Assembly (NCBI GenBank): GCA_973851085.1
Contig: OZ316775.1
Coordinates: 12,214,001-12,278,000, forward strand
DNA length: 64,000 nucleotides
Direction: 5' to 3'
From: Ptychomitrium polyphyllum
Taxonomy: Eukaryota
In this document: positions 12,479-23,659 of the stretch, in pieces
Position numbering within the stretch: the first letter of the stretch is position 1
How the letters are laid out: each line of letters opens with the position of its first letter
Made by a program: the position numbers and the translations under genes
Notes under the pieces: generated by a model
What the model saw: the letters and a program-made list of their open reading frames with translations, nothing else
The model's database searches: none
What the model was told of the DNA's origin: nothing

Positions 12479-14719
12479 ATGCCATGATCTTCTAGCAACA
12501 CAGCATTTCGGATTCAATAAAATAAAAGAATTGATTGCTAGAAGCTATTCGTGGCCGTAAATGTGAAAATACGTAAAGTACTTTGTTTGATCATGCAACA
12601 CTTGTGCAAGGGCCAAGGTACCAAGACACCAACTTCATGGTCTCCTCCATCCGCTTCTAGTGCCAAATGGTCCATGGTTGTCATTGTGAATGGATTTTAT
12701 TACGAACCTTCAAAACTCTGATTTTAAGGATTCTATTTTGGTAGTGGTGGATCGGTTTACCAAAATGGAACATTTCATTCCATGCAACAAGACGGTAGCG
12801 AGAGAAGAAACTGCCAAGTTGTTCATAAATCACGTCTACCGCATACATGGACTATCAAATGATATTGTTTCGATCAAGGGCCGCAGTTCATTTCCAACTT
12901 TTGGAGGGTTTTGTTCTAGCTGTTGCACGTAAAGATCAACTTTTTCTTCAGCACATCATCCGCAGACTGATGGTCAAACCAAATGTGTGAATCAAATGTT
13001 TGAGCAGTACCTTTGTTGCAGCATAAACTACTAGGAAGGCAATTGAATGGAACTCTTACCTATGGCAGAGTTTGCTTACAACTATACAATGCATTCTTTA
13101 ACAATTCAAATCCATTCTTTGAAAACTATAGCCATCATCCTCGAGCATACCCGTTTCAAATGAAACATATTGAAAGTCCAGCAGCAAAGGATTTTGCAAC
13201 TCAACTTGCTAAAATCCACCAAGAACTTGCTCTCCAATTATAACAAGCTCAAGATCGTTATAAAACTTATGCAAATTGTCATCGGAAGGACCATCCAAAG
13301 TTCAAGGTCAAAGACAGCGTATGGCTCCTACGACAAAACATACAGACATAAAGATTGTCGAAGAAGCTGGACTATCAAAGGTTGGGACCATTTGAAATCA
13401 GCAAACAGATAAATCCAAATAGTTATTGCCTCAAACTACCACCAACCGTGCAAATTCATCTAGTATTCCACTTATCTTTGCTAGAAATTTACAACAAGTC
13501 ATGTATACTAGAGATGATTGTTCCTCCGCCTCCTCTTGTGGAAATCAATAATGAAATGGAGTATGAAGTCGAAGAGATTTTAGATTTACGCATCAAGAAT
13601 GGACATGTAGAGTACCTTATATATTGGCAAGGATATGGCATCAATGACCAAACATGGGAACCTTCAATAAACGTGATGAATGCGTTTGACAAAGTATGCA
13701 AATTTCATCAAAGATATCCCCAGAAATCAAGTTAGTAATAATGTGTTATCAGTAGCCGTTAGCTTTATGAAGAAGTTTTTTCCATAGGTGAGTATAAAAA
13801 AGAGGAAGAGATATCCAACCTTCAATTGTATGCAGCATTATTTCCAAAATAGATCATCTTCAAATCCTAGTTAGTATGTCAAATCTTCATGTTATCATGG
13901 ATATGCGTGAAGAGTAGTTGACTGTGCCTTCTTCAACCGTAACACTTGTTGAACCAACTCAACTTTATCAACCTTCAGTACCAAAGGATTTAAGCCAAGA
14001 TATGAGAAAGACATTCCAACGTTGAATGCGACTTCATGCAGAAGTATTGGCTAGCCGCCTTTCACATTCTAGTCTTGATTCAGATGCTCGAGCTCTAGTC
14101 ATCTTGTTAGAAGTTGGAAGAGTTACTCCTAGAGGACCACAGATCTTGTTTGGAGGATGTTTTGAAGGACTTAATCAAGATCAAATCTTGGACTAGGACA
14201 TTTCAACAATAGAGGTCTTGGTTGGTGGTCATTGGCGCTTCTTACAAGGACTAGTTGAAGCAGTGAGCAAAATACAACAAACAAATTATGTTGCTTCTTT
14301 TCTTTGACAAGTTTTGAGATTTGTGAATATGTGACGAGCAAGCCATAAGAAGAACTCTTCATGGGACTTGTTGCTAAAATAGGGAGGTGATGTCACGGAC
14401 ATAAATCATGCAATATAGTCTTTAGAACCTTCTGGAACCTTTTGGTATATTATAGTAGTTTTCTAGAATACTTTCAATGTTTTGATAGCCGTTTTAAGCA
14501 CCTTAGAAAACATTTTTGGAAGATTCTATTGCCTTGGAAAATTGCAAATGACGGTTCCATTACCTTAAATTTTTTTTATGAAGGTTCTATTTGCTTGGAA
14601 ATTTTTCAAGAAATGTTTTATAGACCTCCAGAACATTCTAATCATTAGCTCTTTGGAAGCTAGTTCTTGGAAAATATTTTGTCTTTGCTAATTGCTTCTT
14701 GGATTCCTAAGTGAAAGTG

Positions 14720-17700
14720 TTTATTCGAAGATGAAATTGCTTTAAAAAGTCTAGATGAACCAGAATAGGAATTGTGATAAAAGCTTGCTTTAGATTTTAG
14801 AATGTATCCTTAACATTGGATTCCCACTCAAGCTTTTATTTGCATATTAGTTCCGTGAGTAGTGCACCTGTTTAAAAACAGTCCTTGATGAAGATTCTAT
14901 AGAAATTTATAAATCTACAAAAGTATTGGATACTACATACCGATTTAGGCCTTATCCAATTGTTGATTGCTTTGAACTTCTTTAGATCCATCAATAGTCT
15001 TTTATAAGAGATGATAGATCCAAAGAAGTCTACTTGAAATTCATGAAATATAGATTTTTCTAGCTTGGCATATAAACCAGCATTTTGTAGCTTTTGTAGA
15101 AGTATGCAAACATGTTATTTGTATTTCTTTGGATTCTTTGAATAGATCAAGATATCATCTAAATAGCATACTACAAAAGCATTGAGGCACTCTCAAAATA
15201 TGTCATTCATCAAGTGCTAAATAATGGCAAGTGCATTGGTAAGTCCAAAAGACATGACATTATATTCAAAATGTCCATATCTTGCTTGAAAAGTTGTCTT
15301 CCATTTGTCTCTTTTTTTGTTGCGCACTAAGTTATAGGCTCTTTGCAGGTCTATTTTGGTATAGATCTTTGCTTTGCCAAGTTAATCAAGAAGCCCAGAT
15401 ATGAGTGGCAATGGATATTGGTTCTTAACCATCACTTTCTTGAGGCCGAGGTAATTGACACACATTCGTAAAGATTCATCTTTCTATTTTAAATAAATTA
15501 TTAGAGTATCAGCAAAAGACCTTGAATGTCAAATGGAGTTCTTGGCTAAGTTTTCATCAATATACTCCCATAAAGCCGTAAATTCATTTTGGAATAAATT
15601 ATAAATAGGTCCAAATGGTGGCTAGGCGCCATCTTAGAGGTCTATGGCACAGTCACAGGAACAATATTCTTGCAGGGTGTTTGCATTCTACTTTCATCAT
15701 TGAATTTCTTATGCTATTTTGGAATGATTGTTGATAAAGTCACAACCTTGGACGTTGGAATTGTATATACAACAAAAAAGTACTAGTCTTTGTTGCTCTT
15801 ATCAATGCTCTAGCGCCAAAAAAGAAAGGTTTTATAGACTTAGATTTATATAATGCTTCAAGTTCCTTCGTAAGTTTACTAGTTATAGGTTCTAATGATG
15901 GAAATTCTATTTTCCGGAATGCCCAATTTATCTACAAGTTGTATTTTTTGGGCCAAGAAAGCCCTAGAATGATGGGACTTGACAAAAACCTAGTGATATT
16001 AAATATCACTTGGCTACTATGGTTGTCCAATGTTACTATTAATGGATTGGTTTCATGAATAATATATTTGGAGAATAACGGTCGACTTCTACATGGATAG
16101 ATTTGGATTTTTTAATAAAAAAAACTTGTAGATTTTTAAAAACTCTTTGTCAATAAAACAAGCAAAGGCTTTTGAATCTATAAGAGCAAGGTTTTATGAG
16201 CTTTTGAAAACCTTAATAAAAAATTATAGTATTACAAGAGGAAGGATGAGCTGATAGAACATGAGTTTTTTTTTCTTGCAAAAGAAATGTATCTAGCCGC
16301 ACAGTTTCTATTGTGGCTAGACGTCCTCATTTTCTTGCAAAATATTTGGCATTGTGGTTGTACCTTTCATTCAATATGTATGTAGAGGTTTTTATGGGCA
16401 GTTATTAACCTTGTGGCTAAGTTTTCAACGTTACAAATACAGCCCTTGTTCCCTTTATTGCTTCTTCTCATATTTAGTAAGGGACTTGAAGCAAATTGAA
16501 TCAATCTGCATGGCTTCCGCTTCCAAATATTTATTAGAGGTAGATAGGGCTAAAGTTACTGAAAAGTTGGTATATGGCCAAGGTGTAATCAAAGTCTTTT
16601 TTTCTTATCAATGTTGAAATAGATGATTATTGCACTTCAAAGATTGACTGATGGCTTATTCAAGTATTTGGAAGTCTGGCATGGATAATAATAAATCCTT
16701 AACTCTAGTGCATATGCCCCAATGAAATTGACTAATCAACGCTTCTTCTCCTCAATTATTGTCTCATGCGAGTTGTTGAAATTCCAATGCCTAAATTGAC
16801 ATAGAACGTGGCGCTTGGCGCAAGATACAAATTTTAGTAGTTGCAAAATGGAGCTTATCATGGTCACCAAATACTTTTGCAAACGCGGCTAAGAACGCAT
16901 TAAAGTTGCTAAGTATGGGAGAATTCAAAAAATGATGCAAACCAGGACAATACTTGTCTTGAGAGCTGTGTTCCTATCAAATCAACGAGCAAAGCGTCCA
17001 TAGAATATCGTTGAGGTTGAAGCAAGTTAATAAATTGAATTTGGTATATTAAGCCTCAAAATTTCAAATGCATATCATCAAACTTCTACGGAAGGCTGAT
17101 TCTTGGTTCTTTGATTGTCGACATTGAATTCTTGGCTTGAACTTGTCCGTCATCTACCAAATCAGGTCTAGACAATGAAGCACCTAAGTTGACATGGGAT
17201 AGCAACTACGGTGCTTCTGCTCCTTGATCATTGTATATAGTCAAATGTAGTTCTTTGTTTTGTTTATATAAAGTCTTGGTCTTAATCCTCAATGCTTTAA
17301 AGGCATTGATAATGGAATCTAACTTGGCTTCTTTTTTAATTAGTCATATTGACTTCTTCACTTCTTGGCTTAGAAATTGAATGGAACTAGATAAAAAGTG
17401 CTAAATATGCAAAAAACCAAAGAAAATTCAAGAAATAATATCAATTCAAAGGAGGGTAATTTGCAACCTCTAGAGTGCTATAGTGCTTTTAAAAAGAGAG
17501 ATAATCTATTCTCTATTAAAGAAACCAAGCTCTGATATTATTGTATATCAATCTCAACAAACTGTTACAAATAGAACAACAACAAAATAAGGCTTCAAGA
17601 TTGCAAGAAGTGGAACAAAAAATGTCCAAGGTTTTTAGAAATTAAGAGCTATAAAAAGATACAAAAACAGAGCCAATAGGTCTAAAGTAGACCATAAAAG

Positions 17701-17949
17701 ATGCATTGTTAAGACTAAAGATCCTTTCGGCCTTAACTCCTATATATAATAAGATTACAAGCCCTGGAAGCTTCTTGAGATGCTTCTATTATATTTCTTT
17801 CTATTCAAGCAACCTCAAATTGTTTTATTAAAAGCTTCATAAGCCGAGGTAATTTCCTTGGAAGCTACCTAAGCCAAAACAACTTTCTAAGAAGCTTCTT
17901 AGATGTTCTGGGATCCTTTTAGATGCTTCTAATATGTATGTCCATGACA
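14720..17949 (-). mobile_element. Ty3/gypsy copy D: 5' LTR (17563-17949), gag, protease, RT; heavily decayed and 3'-truncated
   Basis: LTR termini tgtcat...gtaaca. Minus-strand remnants of gag (KEPRISLP, AEAMQID), protease and RT ([22 protein letters not shown]), colinear with copy A. Confidence 0.85.
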
Positions 17950-17989
17950 AATACTAAAAAAGACAAGATAATCTATTATTGGATGATTA

Positions 17990-18909
17990 TTTTTTCACCC
18001 CACAAAGCTTTGTTGATAATGGTGAATAATGACATTTTGATTGTAGATGGTGGTATAGCCATCATAAAGGCTTTGGCAGTTTTTTGTGAGTCGTTCGTAC
18101 GACTTTCAATACTAGTACTCTGTCTAATTATGAAGGACCTTGTTGAGCTTTGTTTGTTGTTGGTACTAAACGCACTCAATAGTAAGTTGCTTGATTTGTT
18201 GTTGAAGTTTGATATTGAAAGGAAGCTGGTTACAAAGGTTAGATAGGTCCTTTTGAATGAAGTCAAGGTTAAAAATGAGCTTGGTAATGAACTGCGCTTG
18301 TGTCTAGATCATGCGCTAGTTGTAATCCTGCTCTAATGTCAAGGACTAGATTTGGATTTTTTGATGGTGTAATACACGTCTGAAAGTTTTGTAATTCCTT
18401 GAGAGCAAAAGAAACTGCTTGGTTAGCTGATCTTGCTCATTTATGATGGATTTGGCCCGTAAAGCTATTTGCTCAAAACTTGCATGAACTTTGATCAATA
18501 GTAATAAGGTCTTTAGCTGGTGCTGTAAAGCTTTTTGAAGGTTTTTTAAGTTATGTTCAACGTAGGGAATGTCATGGGTATAGTAGGTAGACCGTTGTGT
18601 AGTAGTGGAAAGTAGGGTGGATCTTCATAGGGAGTCATTAGTAAGAAGAGGAGGAAAAAGGAGAGGATTAATTGAAGTAGAAGGTGGAGTAGGTATACGA
18701 GGTATGGTAGAAGTAAGTGGAGTGGTGTACTTGGGTACTGGTGGAATAATGTATGGAGTAGGAGGTTTGGTAGTTAAGTCAACTACTAGTACCTTGGTAG
18801 GAAAAGAAAGAGACCGCAAGGAATGAGGAGTAAGAGTAGGAATAGAGATTGGAGAAGGGGGTGGAAAACTACTCAAATCAAAAAGAGTAGTGTGGGTTGA
18901 CGCCATCAA
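17990..18909 (-). pseudogene. Decayed ~300-codon Pro/Thr-rich plus Gln/Leu-rich (coiled-coil-like) ORF of LTR family F; second copy at 37820-38570
   Basis: ORF 18625..18909 continues in frame through scattered stops (FEQIALRAKSIINEQDQL...IKLQQQIKQL...YTTIYNQNVIIHHYQQSF). The antisense ORFs 17923..18246 and 37841..38074 are clearly homologous to each other. Confidence 0.55.
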
Positions 18910-19149
18910 AGTTTATATGTGTGATGCCCAGTAGACTTAGCACTTCCGGTCTTTATGTACTAGGTTTTGAGGGGCTTTTAGGTACGATTGCCGTTTGGTG
19001 CAAGCGTGGTTTGGGACCGGGTTTGCATTCTAGATGGTCTCGCACTAGTAGAGGTGGCAGTTGGTAATTTGGAAGATTGAGAACATGGTTTGTTAGAAGG
19101 AATATTGTTTGAGAAGTCAAACTAAGATGTGGTATTTAATAAAAGAGAG

Positions 19150-19360
19150 AAGAGCTCACATTTGGACTTTTTGATCAACTTGGCCAAACAAAAATCTTCA
19201 TTTAAATAGATCTTTGAGGGGCCTACAACTTTATGTACATAAAAAGAGACAAATGGAAAATGATATTTCTCATAAGGCATGGATATTTTGAATATAATGT
19301 CATACCTTTTGGACTTATCAACGCACTTGCCATTTTTCAACATCTTATGAATGATATATT
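19150..19360 (+). mobile_element. Short gypsy RT fragment
   Basis: Remnants of GLFDQLGQ, GAYN and GYFEYNVIPFGL, homologous to 15230-15400(-) and 42250-42440(+). Confidence 0.7.
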
Positions 19361-20931
19361 TTGTTAATAATAATTTTACATAAGTTCCTAAATTTGACTT
19401 CTATTAAAGCTACAAATTTTCTAAAGAACATCTATACAAAATGTTTATATTTTAAAATTTAATTTTTCAAAATAATTCAATATAAGACCACAAATAGAAT
19501 TTTAAAAAAAAAAATAGAAACATATTGAAACAAATTAATTTAAATTCATTACAAAATTTCTTTAATATAACATTTATATAATTAAAATTATTAGTTTTTA
19601 AAATTTATTCTTTATACTGAAAATATCTTATAGTGGTTTTTAAGACTACTAATTTATTTAAATTGACTGCATATTCAAATTATCAATTCACTAGCAAAAA
19701 GAATAATTAGTAACGAAAAAATTATATTATGAACCAAAAGAAACAAAAAAAAATTGGCTTTTAATTCTTTTTTTTCATATATTACACATTTTTTTAATTT
19801 AATGGAGAACTTGGAAGAAAATGTATTTCATATTTTGGCTGACTTCCCATCATACAACTTAAATTATTAGTGGCTATGCATTCAAACTGGATGATTATTA
19901 GATTCAAGCTTATTCCATTGCCACTATTAATTATCATTTTCATCTGTTGCATTTTACTTTGATTCTAGATTGAGTGACCAATAATGGAACAATTTAAGTT
20001 TTGTGACAAATTTTAACTAAATTTTAATAAGTAGCAATTTAAAATTATGTTGTAAGACTATTTATAACTTTTTTTCTTCAAAAATGAATTATTAAATTTT
20101 GATCATTCAAAAATATCAAAATGTTCAAATGTTGAGAATATTACATTCAAAGTATACTAAACGAATTTTCAGTAATAAAACTGCATCGTTTTTCCTACTA
20201 ACAAATTTCAAACGAATTAAAAATTTTAAGTCTTAAAATCATTTCAAAATATTGGGTACCAAAGGCAGATCCACCCATACAGATCTAATCTGTAAATAAT
20301 AATTCATACATTCCTTTTTATCATTGCAACCAGAATAGACCTTGAAGTTGAATTTGACAATGCACTTTTTCAATGCAAACCTTGGAGAGACCCTCACGCA
20401 GTATAATTTTTTTTAACTCATCAAACATGCACCCACTGTCCAATTGTTACTCCTACACTAATGCGAAACTCTCAAGATGTTATGGTTAATTAAGTATATT
20501 CTCTTCTCCGTACTACAAGGATGAATCTAATGCGCATGTGATATTGGTTTCATCAGTTCCTAGCATAGCTTATGGGGCGCGACAACCAGATCTAATCAAA
20601 ACATCGCAGGCGTCCAGTAAGTTCACTAATAATGAATACTGGCATAATGTAAAAAATGTGGCAAAAACCAGCTTTCATGGCTGAGACAAATCAGTACCAC
20701 AAACCGTTATGCATGTATCAGCAGTCAGATATTGAGCAAATATGAGAGAAATAGCAGATAATTTATATGGTAACTTCGACAAATTAGGAACAAGCAGAAT
20801 CAGATTTGATCTGCAGGCAAACTGTAACGTTCTCAAGCAAAGAGGGCCTTGCGGGAGAGAATCATGGATGAGAGAAACCGTATCCAGGAACAGGATTTAA
20901 GCTTTTACTTTTGCATTAAATACAAGTCTAC

Positions 20932-22135
20932 CTAAAGGTTGGAAAGCACTTGGTCCAAGAGGGAAACGGACTCGGCATAGGCTTTCTCGGCCTTGGCTGG
21001 GCTCTTAGCCCTCGCGGCGTAATCAAGCTGCAAAAACCAAAGCAGCCTTATCAGATCCACCGTGGTTGACAAAATTCAGCGTGATTTCTTAAATTAATAC
21101 AGAACTTCATTTAACGGATTAAGTAAAGGACAAGCAGAAATGATGGGAAGGAAGCGAACTCAAGAGTCTAAAAAATGAAACCCTGCATTCAAGACAGAAA
21201 AAGAATAGTATGAAAGCTTACAGTGTCCATGGCTTCGATGGCCTTGGTGGTCAATGCCTTGAATGCCTTCTTCTGCTCCTTCGGCTTCGATGACTCGATG
21301 GTCTTCAAGTCGTATCTCAAGTACGATGCTGATGATCGCAGACCGTTCTGCACGTATGGCCATGCCTTCCTGTCGATCAGCGGCTTCACATCCTTGATCT
21401 CCTTCACCGCCACCTTCACGCGCTCGGCGGCTTCCTGAGGGGTCTTCGGCTGCAGGTAGAACCTCTCCTTCAGTTCCAAGTCCACATCGCGAGCTTGGTC
21501 GGCATTGTCAGTTCCGGCTGCACAATGTTCACGGGCACGTGACCGGCCATATCTATCGCATGTTAGATTCGCACACCGTTTCACCGCTCCAACATGCCAT
21601 ACTTCACCACGAATCTACAACCGAAACATTCAATGCCTACCATCAAACACCACTTTCAAGTATCCCTCTTGGCAACATGGTAATTCGCCTACAACCCTGA
21701 TCAGATTTGCCAACTGACGCAGCACATCAACCAAGTCCGGTAGCCCGGAACTCGCCGACTCAACTGACCTAAAACCATGACAAGTCTACAGTACGACCGG
21801 AAGCCATCAAAAATGCACTCACGCTGCTGCACACAAGCATGGGCCCGCGGTCACTTACGCAGGCCACCGGACAGAGGGGGAGGAGGCTCCAGCTTGATGG
21901 ACTCCACAGCGTGCGCATTGCCCGCCAGCGCGGTGGCGGCCAACGACGCGGCGGCCAGGCTGAAGAACGACCGCCTGCTCTGCGTCTCCTCGCCCGACGC
22001 GCGCACCTGCACCGGCGCGCACTTCGCCATGGCCACGCTCTTGCTGCTGCTCATCACCACCTTGCTCCCGCCCAGGCCGCTCTCCAGCTTCACGCCCTGC
22101 GCCAGACCCGCCATGCTGGCTACCGCGTTGGCCAT
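20932..22135 (-). CDS. psbQ: Photosystem II oxygen-evolving enhancer protein 3 (PsbQ) precursor, 222 aa; exons 22135-21859, 21517-21222, 21027-20932
   Basis: GT-AG introns join in phase (277+296+96 = 669 nt). Bipartite transit peptide with twin-Arg SRR and AHA cleavage site. Mature motifs [63 protein letters not shown]. Confidence 0.97.
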
Positions 22136-22284
22136 GGCTGCAACACAACGCACAACTGCACGGCGCGAGACGAGATGGAGCGATGGAAATGCCGCAACGA
22201 CGCCCCTGCGCTGCCGTCGCGCGTGTATTAGAGCGACGTTGGTCGCGCTGCCCGTGCGCGCCCGGGCGTTGCGGGGCTGCCCGG

Positions 22285-22312
22285 AGTGGATAAGGTGGGG
22301 ATCATGTGGCCA
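22285..22312. promoter_or_regulatory. Candidate light-response module upstream of psbQ: I-box GATAAGG and GCCAC motif
   Basis: ggataaggtg at ~22289-22298 and gccacatg on the minus strand at ~22303-22310, about 150-175 bp upstream of the ATG. Short motifs only. Confidence 0.45.
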
Positions 22313-23659
22313 GATGGAGGGTGGCTCTGTCTGCGTTCTATCGACCCTCGCCATTTTGATTGATTGCCTTTTCTGTATATTGTTATTTGGATCATGGGAA
22401 AGGTCGATTGTTCTGGTAGCCTGTGTGCGGAACAACCACATTACAGAGTTGTGAACGGCAGTCTTGTTTTCAGTATCTGGAAATATATATGTCTTAGGAT
22501 TTGGTTGGGAGTTTGCCTTTTTGCGAGGTTAGGCTTTTGTAGATGGAGTGGAGTATGAATACTGCTGCAAATTGGGAATCAAAGCGTTGACCTTCGTTTT
22601 GAAGGTTTGTTAAGGGTGATGCAGTGGTGGTGTCACATGAAAATTGAGAGAAATCGGTATTAAGATAGTGGTGAAAATTGAAGAATGAAATGTGAATTTC
22701 CCGTAGGCACATGCAGGATTACTGTAGACACAAACTGTGAATAACATGATTTTTTAATATGGGTGTTCAATACTGTTTTTTGAATTAATTCTTTTAAGTT
22801 TGGGTTTTATAACATAGATGTGGTTTAGAACTCCTTTTTTCCAAGTTAGGAACGAACATCCTGCAAGATGAAATTTTCTATGTAAACCCGTTTTAATTGT
22901 TGGATTTCTTGTACATTGTTCTGTAAATGTATGGTATAGTAATAAAAATATCCTTTAAAATACATGGTTGCTTGTGAAAGAAAGGAAAAATTATTTCTTT
23001 TCCACATTTTTTACATGGCTTCATTGTGCCTTATGAATAAATTGAGTGTTTCAAATGTGACGAGATTATGTAATTAGTTCTTATATTCCTTAGAAGAATT
23101 TGAAGTGTATGAATTCAAATGTATGGATATTCAATCCCTTTAACCTCCAGTCAATAATGAATTCTAAAATTAGCACTTATTTGTCTGTTGAAGGAGCTCT
23201 AACCTAATAAAGGACCATTGAATTAAGAACCTAAATTAATGCAAACTTCAATGAGAAAATAGACCTAATTTGCAACCTTTACATATCATACTAATTGTGG
23301 TCAAGGCGTTGATTGTTTATTATTCAGCTAAATTGCAAGAATCGTAAGAAGACTGTTCGTTTAGATAAACAAACAACTAGGCGTCTGCAAGCTTTGCATT
23401 CAATGTGTAAGGAAATTGTCCTTGGTGCCATAACCTGCAATGTCATGGACAAATTCAAAAGAACAAAGGCAAAAGATGTAAGAAGTAAAATTACACAACT
23501 AGAGAGGTCCAACTATCGACGCCTTCATCATGAGCTTAGTCTTAATCTCCCACAGCAGTGTAGAGCACTAGCACAATCAGATTCATCTGAAAATGAACTA
23601 CCACCAACAATAGAATACGTTGAGTCACATTCTATCAAGTGTGTTCATGAATGAAGAGA

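Larger units (their letters stand above)
8960..14710 (+). mobile_element. Ty3/gypsy chromovirus copy B: RT (part), RNase H, integrase, chromodomain, PPT, partial 3' LTR; interrupted by two insertions
   Basis: RT remnant begins at 8960. Integrase MDFITNL...VVVDRFTKM (12690..12932). Chromodomain EYEVEEILD...YLIYWQGYG...TWEP (13355..13735). PPT aaaatagggaggtga then TGTCACGG at 14391. Confidence 0.9.

Noticed and set aside
21777..22454. 225 aa and 130 aa plus-strand ORFs, and the 102-codon upstream extension of ORF 21851..22441
   Set aside because: Shadows of the GC-rich psbQ exon 1 and promoter. The transit peptide starts at 22135.
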